Origin: Oceanispirochaeta sp.
GTDB taxonomy: Bacteria; Spirochaetota; Spirochaetia; DSM-2461
DNA length: 64,000 bases
Reading direction: 5' to 3'
NCBI GenBank assembly: GCA_963663385.2
Contig: CAXXXD010000004.1
Span: forward strand, 448,001-512,000
Of this stretch, positions 60,826 through 64,000 are shown in pieces. Both the position numbers and the translations under genes were made by a program. The notes beneath the pieces were generated by a model, which saw nothing but the letters and a program-made list of their open reading frames with translations, searched no databases and was not told the DNA's origin. Numbering within the stretch: position 1 is the first letter of the stretch; every line of letters begins with the position of its first letter.

Positions 60826-61299
60826 CTACTCTGCGGCCAGTTCGGAAAGTTCGCTGTTAGTCAGAACTTTATTGATATTCAAAATGATGATAAACTGTTC
60901 ATCCTTACGTCCCATCCCTCTGATAAAGGATGAGTCGATTTTTGTCCCGATATTGGGAGCCGGTTCAATCTTGTCAGAATCGATATCCACCACTTCGTTA
61001 ACAGAATCTGTCAGCAGGCCCATTACAATATCTTCATCATCGATTTTAATTTCTGTTACGATAACGCTTGTATCGATGGACTTCTCTGTTTCTCCTATCC
61101 CGAATTTCATTTTCAGATCAATTACCGGAACAACACTGCCTCTCAGATTTATTATCCCCCGCATAAATTCCGGCATACGCGGTACTTTGGAGACGGTCTG
61201 AAATTCAAGAACTTCTCTTATGTTGGTTACATTGATGGCATAAAGTTCCTCATCTACTTTAAAAGTAAGGTACTGATTCGTTGTGATCTCTTCTTCCAT
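60826..61299 (-). CDS. cheW: Chemotaxis coupling protein CheW
   Basis: QYLTF, GIINLRGSVVPVIDL, GLLTDSVNEV. Confidence 0.95.
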   Translation of the reverse strand: MEEEITTNQYLTFKVDEELYAINVTNIREVLEFQTVSKVPRMPEFMRGIINLRGSVVPVIDLKMKFGIGETEKSIDTSVIVTEIKIDDEDIVMGLLTDSVNEVVDIDSDKIEPAPNIGTKIDSSFIRGMGRKDEQFIIILNINKVLTNSELSELAAE

Positions 61300-61471
61300 A
61301 ATTTTCCCCTCGGGTATTTAAGGATTTATCATCCTGAGTCTGTCCCTTTAAATCTAATGAATCAGGACTGTATCTGTAAAGAAAAAATGAAATATTATTA
61401 TCATTTTAACGGTCGGCCCTGTTTCTCCCTGAATTGGACGAATCCGATATTTCGGGGTATTATGAGTTGAC

Positions 61472-63085
61472 ATGGGGTGCGAAATGGACGAACTGTATAA
61501 AATGATTCTTGTGGATGACGAAGATGAAGTCCGTGGAAGAATCTCTTCAAAGATTTCCCGGGAAAGCGGTTTTTCCGTTGTAGGAGCAGCCGGGAATGGT
61601 TATGACGCCCTTGAATTGATCGAGAAATACTCCCCTCATGTTGTTCTGACCGATATTAAGATGCCTTTTATTGATGGAATTGAGCTGGCTTCCATTATCA
61701 GGAGGGACTTTCCGACGGTCCGGGTCGCCTTTATTACAGGCTACGATGAATTTGACTACGCCCGGGAAGCTATTGAACTGAATGTCTCCTGCTACCTGAC
61801 CAAACCGGTAACACAGGGAGATATCTCCCGTTTCCTGGATAAGCTGAAGGTCGAGCTGGATAATGAAATCAAAGAGAAATATAATATGGAACTCCTTCGC
61901 CAGCGTTACGAACAGAGCATTCCCCTGATCATAGATAACTATTTTATATCCAGCCTTGTCTCATCTTCATCAGGGGATGCGGGTGATATTGAAAACCTGA
62001 GGACCTATGGGGTTTCCCTGGATGACAGGAACTATCTCCTCTCCTTTATCAGGATGGAGAGGGATGAGCGCCTTCAGGATGTAATGGAATATGAAAAACA
62101 GAAACTCTCCCTTCGTTCTGTAATAAAAGCCATCATGGAGAGGCATGGCTACGAGTTTTACAGTTTCCTTTTCAATGACGGGATTATCTTTATAATCAAA
62201 GAGAAGGGGAAGCTCTTTCTGCGTGATATTGATACGGTGTTTTTTGAGATGGTCAAAAAAGCCGAACGTTTTCTTTCTCTCCGTATCAATATAGGAGTCA
62301 GTTCTCGGCACATATCATTTAAAGGGCTTCAGGATGCCTATGAGGAAGCGGGGAAGGCTCTCGCTTACAGTAAATTCCTCAATGCCGGGCGAATTGTCTA
62401 TATTGATCAACTGGAAGATCATCAGCCCAAACTTCTCAGTTTAAGCGAATCGGAAATCAGGAATCTGGAGCATATCATAAAATTCGGAACCGACAGTGAA
62501 ATCCGCAACAGTCTGGAATCTCTGAAGCTGAATGCTCTCAGGGATAATAAAACCGTGGCCAATTACAGGCCCTTTATAATAAACCTGATGCATATAATGG
62601 TCAGTTATTCCGACTCCATCGGTGTGGATCTGACTGAAGTGATGGGGGGGGATATTCTGGATACTGTTATGAAAATCCGGAGTCTGGATCAGGTTTTTGA
62701 CTGGGCCCTTGTACTTTTTCTGAAACTGAGGGAGTTGAATCTTACGACGAAAATGACCAGTTCCCAGAAACTGCTGGACAGGGCTGTGCATTATATCAAC
62801 AGCAATTTCACTGATCCTGCCATATCTATGGAACGGGTCTGCGATGAGTTGGGCATCAGCGTTTCCTATATGAGTCTTCTGTTTAAAAAAGAGAAGGAAA
62901 CAACTTTTGTAAGATATCTGACCAGTGTCCGAATGGAGAAAGCCAAGGAGATTCTGAAGCTGACAGGGGACAAGATTATTGATATAGCCGGACAGTGCGG
63001 TTATAACGAGGTCTACTACTTCAGTCACAGTTTCAAGAAATATACGGGGATGTCTCCCAAAAAGTACCGGGAAGAGGTCTCGTGA
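61472..63085 (+). CDS. Two-component response regulator with AraC HTH (YesN-like)
   Basis: LVDDE, TDIKMP, YLTKP; C-terminal YFSHSFKKYTGMSP..YR; true start may be 61484. Confidence 0.93.
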   Translation: MGCEMDELYKMILVDDEDEVRGRISSKISRESGFSVVGAAGNGYDALELIEKYSPHVVLTDIKMPFIDGIELASIIRRDFPTVRVAFITGYDEFDYAREAIELNVSCYLTKPVTQGDISRFLDKLKVELDNEIKEKYNMELLRQRYEQSIPLIIDNYFISSLVSSSSGDAGDIENLRTYGVSLDDRNYLLSFIRMERDERLQDVMEYEKQKLSLRSVIKAIMERHGYEFYSFLFNDGIIFIIKEKGKLFLRDIDTVFFEMVKKAERFLSLRINIGVSSRHISFKGLQDAYEEAGKALAYSKFLNAGRIVYIDQLEDHQPKLLSLSESEIRNLEHIIKFGTDSEIRNSLESLKLNALRDNKTVANYRPFIINLMHIMVSYSDSIGVDLTEVMGGDILDTVMKIRSLDQVFDWALVLFLKLRELNLTTKMTSSQKLLDRAVHYINSNFTDPAISMERVCDELGISVSYMSLLFKKEKETTFVRYLTSVRMEKAKEILKLTGDKIIDIAGQCGYNEVYYFSHSFKKYTGMSPKKYREEVS

Positions 63086-64000
63086 AAAGGGGAGTTCTCC
63101 ATGACCTCTCCATAGGCCAGAGTATCCTGGCTGCCACTCTCAGCATTGTTATGATAGTGCTGCTGCTTACGAGCCTGATTTATTACACGGCTTTTTCCAG
63201 AAGAACAGATGCTCTTGTGGAAAGTCAGTCCCGTGAGATAAACAAACAGATTGTACTAAACTACAGGAGCTATATAAGCAGTGTTATAGAAACGGCCAAC
63301 TATGTTCAGTCTGCTTCTCTGAATCTGGATGTCGTAAATTCCTATAAAGAGCTGCAGGATATCTACTCCTTCAGTACGGATATTAAAAAAGATGTGGTTT
63401 CCATTTTTCTTTTTGACAGTAAAGGGGAAAAAATCCTGGGAAACGATATGATCAGCAGGGGAAACTTCAGTATATCCAATGAGCATTGGTTCCTTAATGC
63501 CCTGAGTGAAACAACCATCTTCCATTTTTCCGCGCCCCATACGGATAGTGTCTATGAAAACGGGGGTGAACAGGTTATTTCCGTATCCCGGCATGTGACA
63601 TTCTCCCGTAACGGTTCGAAACAGGATGGGGTGCTGCTGATTGAACTGAATTTCAACTCCATTTCCGATCTGGCCTCCAAAACCAACCTGGGAGAGGGGG
63701 GGCATATTCTTATTCTGAATGATAATGATTCCCTGATCTATTATTTCAGCGAAGACGGCGATTCCTATATTGCCGGAAGTTATGAGCTGGCAATCGATAA
63801 AATGATGGGGGGGTACAAGGCGCTTATAAATGGAAAGGAGATGTATTTTAATATAAATACTCTTGCCCAGACCAGATGGCGTATTGTAACGGCTTACAAT
63901 ATTGATGAGATAGCTCAGGCAAAAACCAGGATTCTGTACATGCTTTTTATAATTTTTCTGGGCAGCTTTTTCCTGACTGCTGTGGTGGCGTCCCTGCTTT
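63082..64000 (+). CDS. YesM-like sensor histidine kinase, N-terminal TM and Cache region (runs off the window)
   Basis: GTG start overlapping the regulator stop; hand translation shows a TM helix, HFSAPH, VISVSR, GVLLIELN, GHILIL and a second TM; kinase domain not visible. Confidence 0.75.
   Translation, partial: MKRGVLHDLSIGQSILAATLSIVMIVLLLTSLIYYTAFSRRTDALVESQSREINKQIVLNYRSYISSVIETANYVQSASLNLDVVNSYKELQDIYSFSTDIKKDVVSIFLFDSKGEKILGNDMISRGNFSISNEHWFLNALSETTIFHFSAPHTDSVYENGGEQVISVSRHVTFSRNGSKQDGVLLIELNFNSISDLASKTNLGEGGHILILNDNDSLIYYFSEDGDSYIAGSYELAIDKMMGGYKALINGKEMYFNINTLAQTRWRIVTAYNIDEIAQAKTRILYMLFIIFLGSFFLTAVVASLL

Overview
A gene-dense 64 kb bacterial chromosomal segment, probably from a free-living spirochaete (inferred from 'LFAGG(S/Q)QE' signal peptides and gene content). 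I found no rRNA, tRNA, CRISPR array, integrase or transposase. In order it holds: (1) a DeoR-led Ni/Co ECF uptake operon divergent from larC-larE-larB (nickel-pincer cofactor synthesis; His-repeat VNTR in larC; no larA in the window); (2) a TetR whose target gene looks decayed; (3) a sorbose/sorbitol-type operon with a kinase and no PTS, plus transketolase; (4) an MCP, a radical SAM protein, a WYL regulator and an AT-rich TetR/ABC cassette; (5) trx, PPIase, pncAB, an HD-GYP regulator, an amino-acid ABC transporter and a soluble MotA-like protein; (6) a sigma54 DUF917/hydantoinase catabolic operon whose activator is co-encoded with degenerate copies of both enzymes; (7) an ascorbate-type ula locus with ABC transporter, FGGY kinase and URO-D-like protein and no PTS; (8) an MCP, DeoR-Ldh2-malic enzyme, cheW and a YesMN-like pair. 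The best candidates for novelty are the pseudo-enzyme pair beside the sigma54 activator, a small intergenic element with fully covarying hairpins (11.6 kb and 59.9 kb), and DeoR-linked lar/nickel genes without larA. All calls come from reading motifs by eye; no database searches were run.
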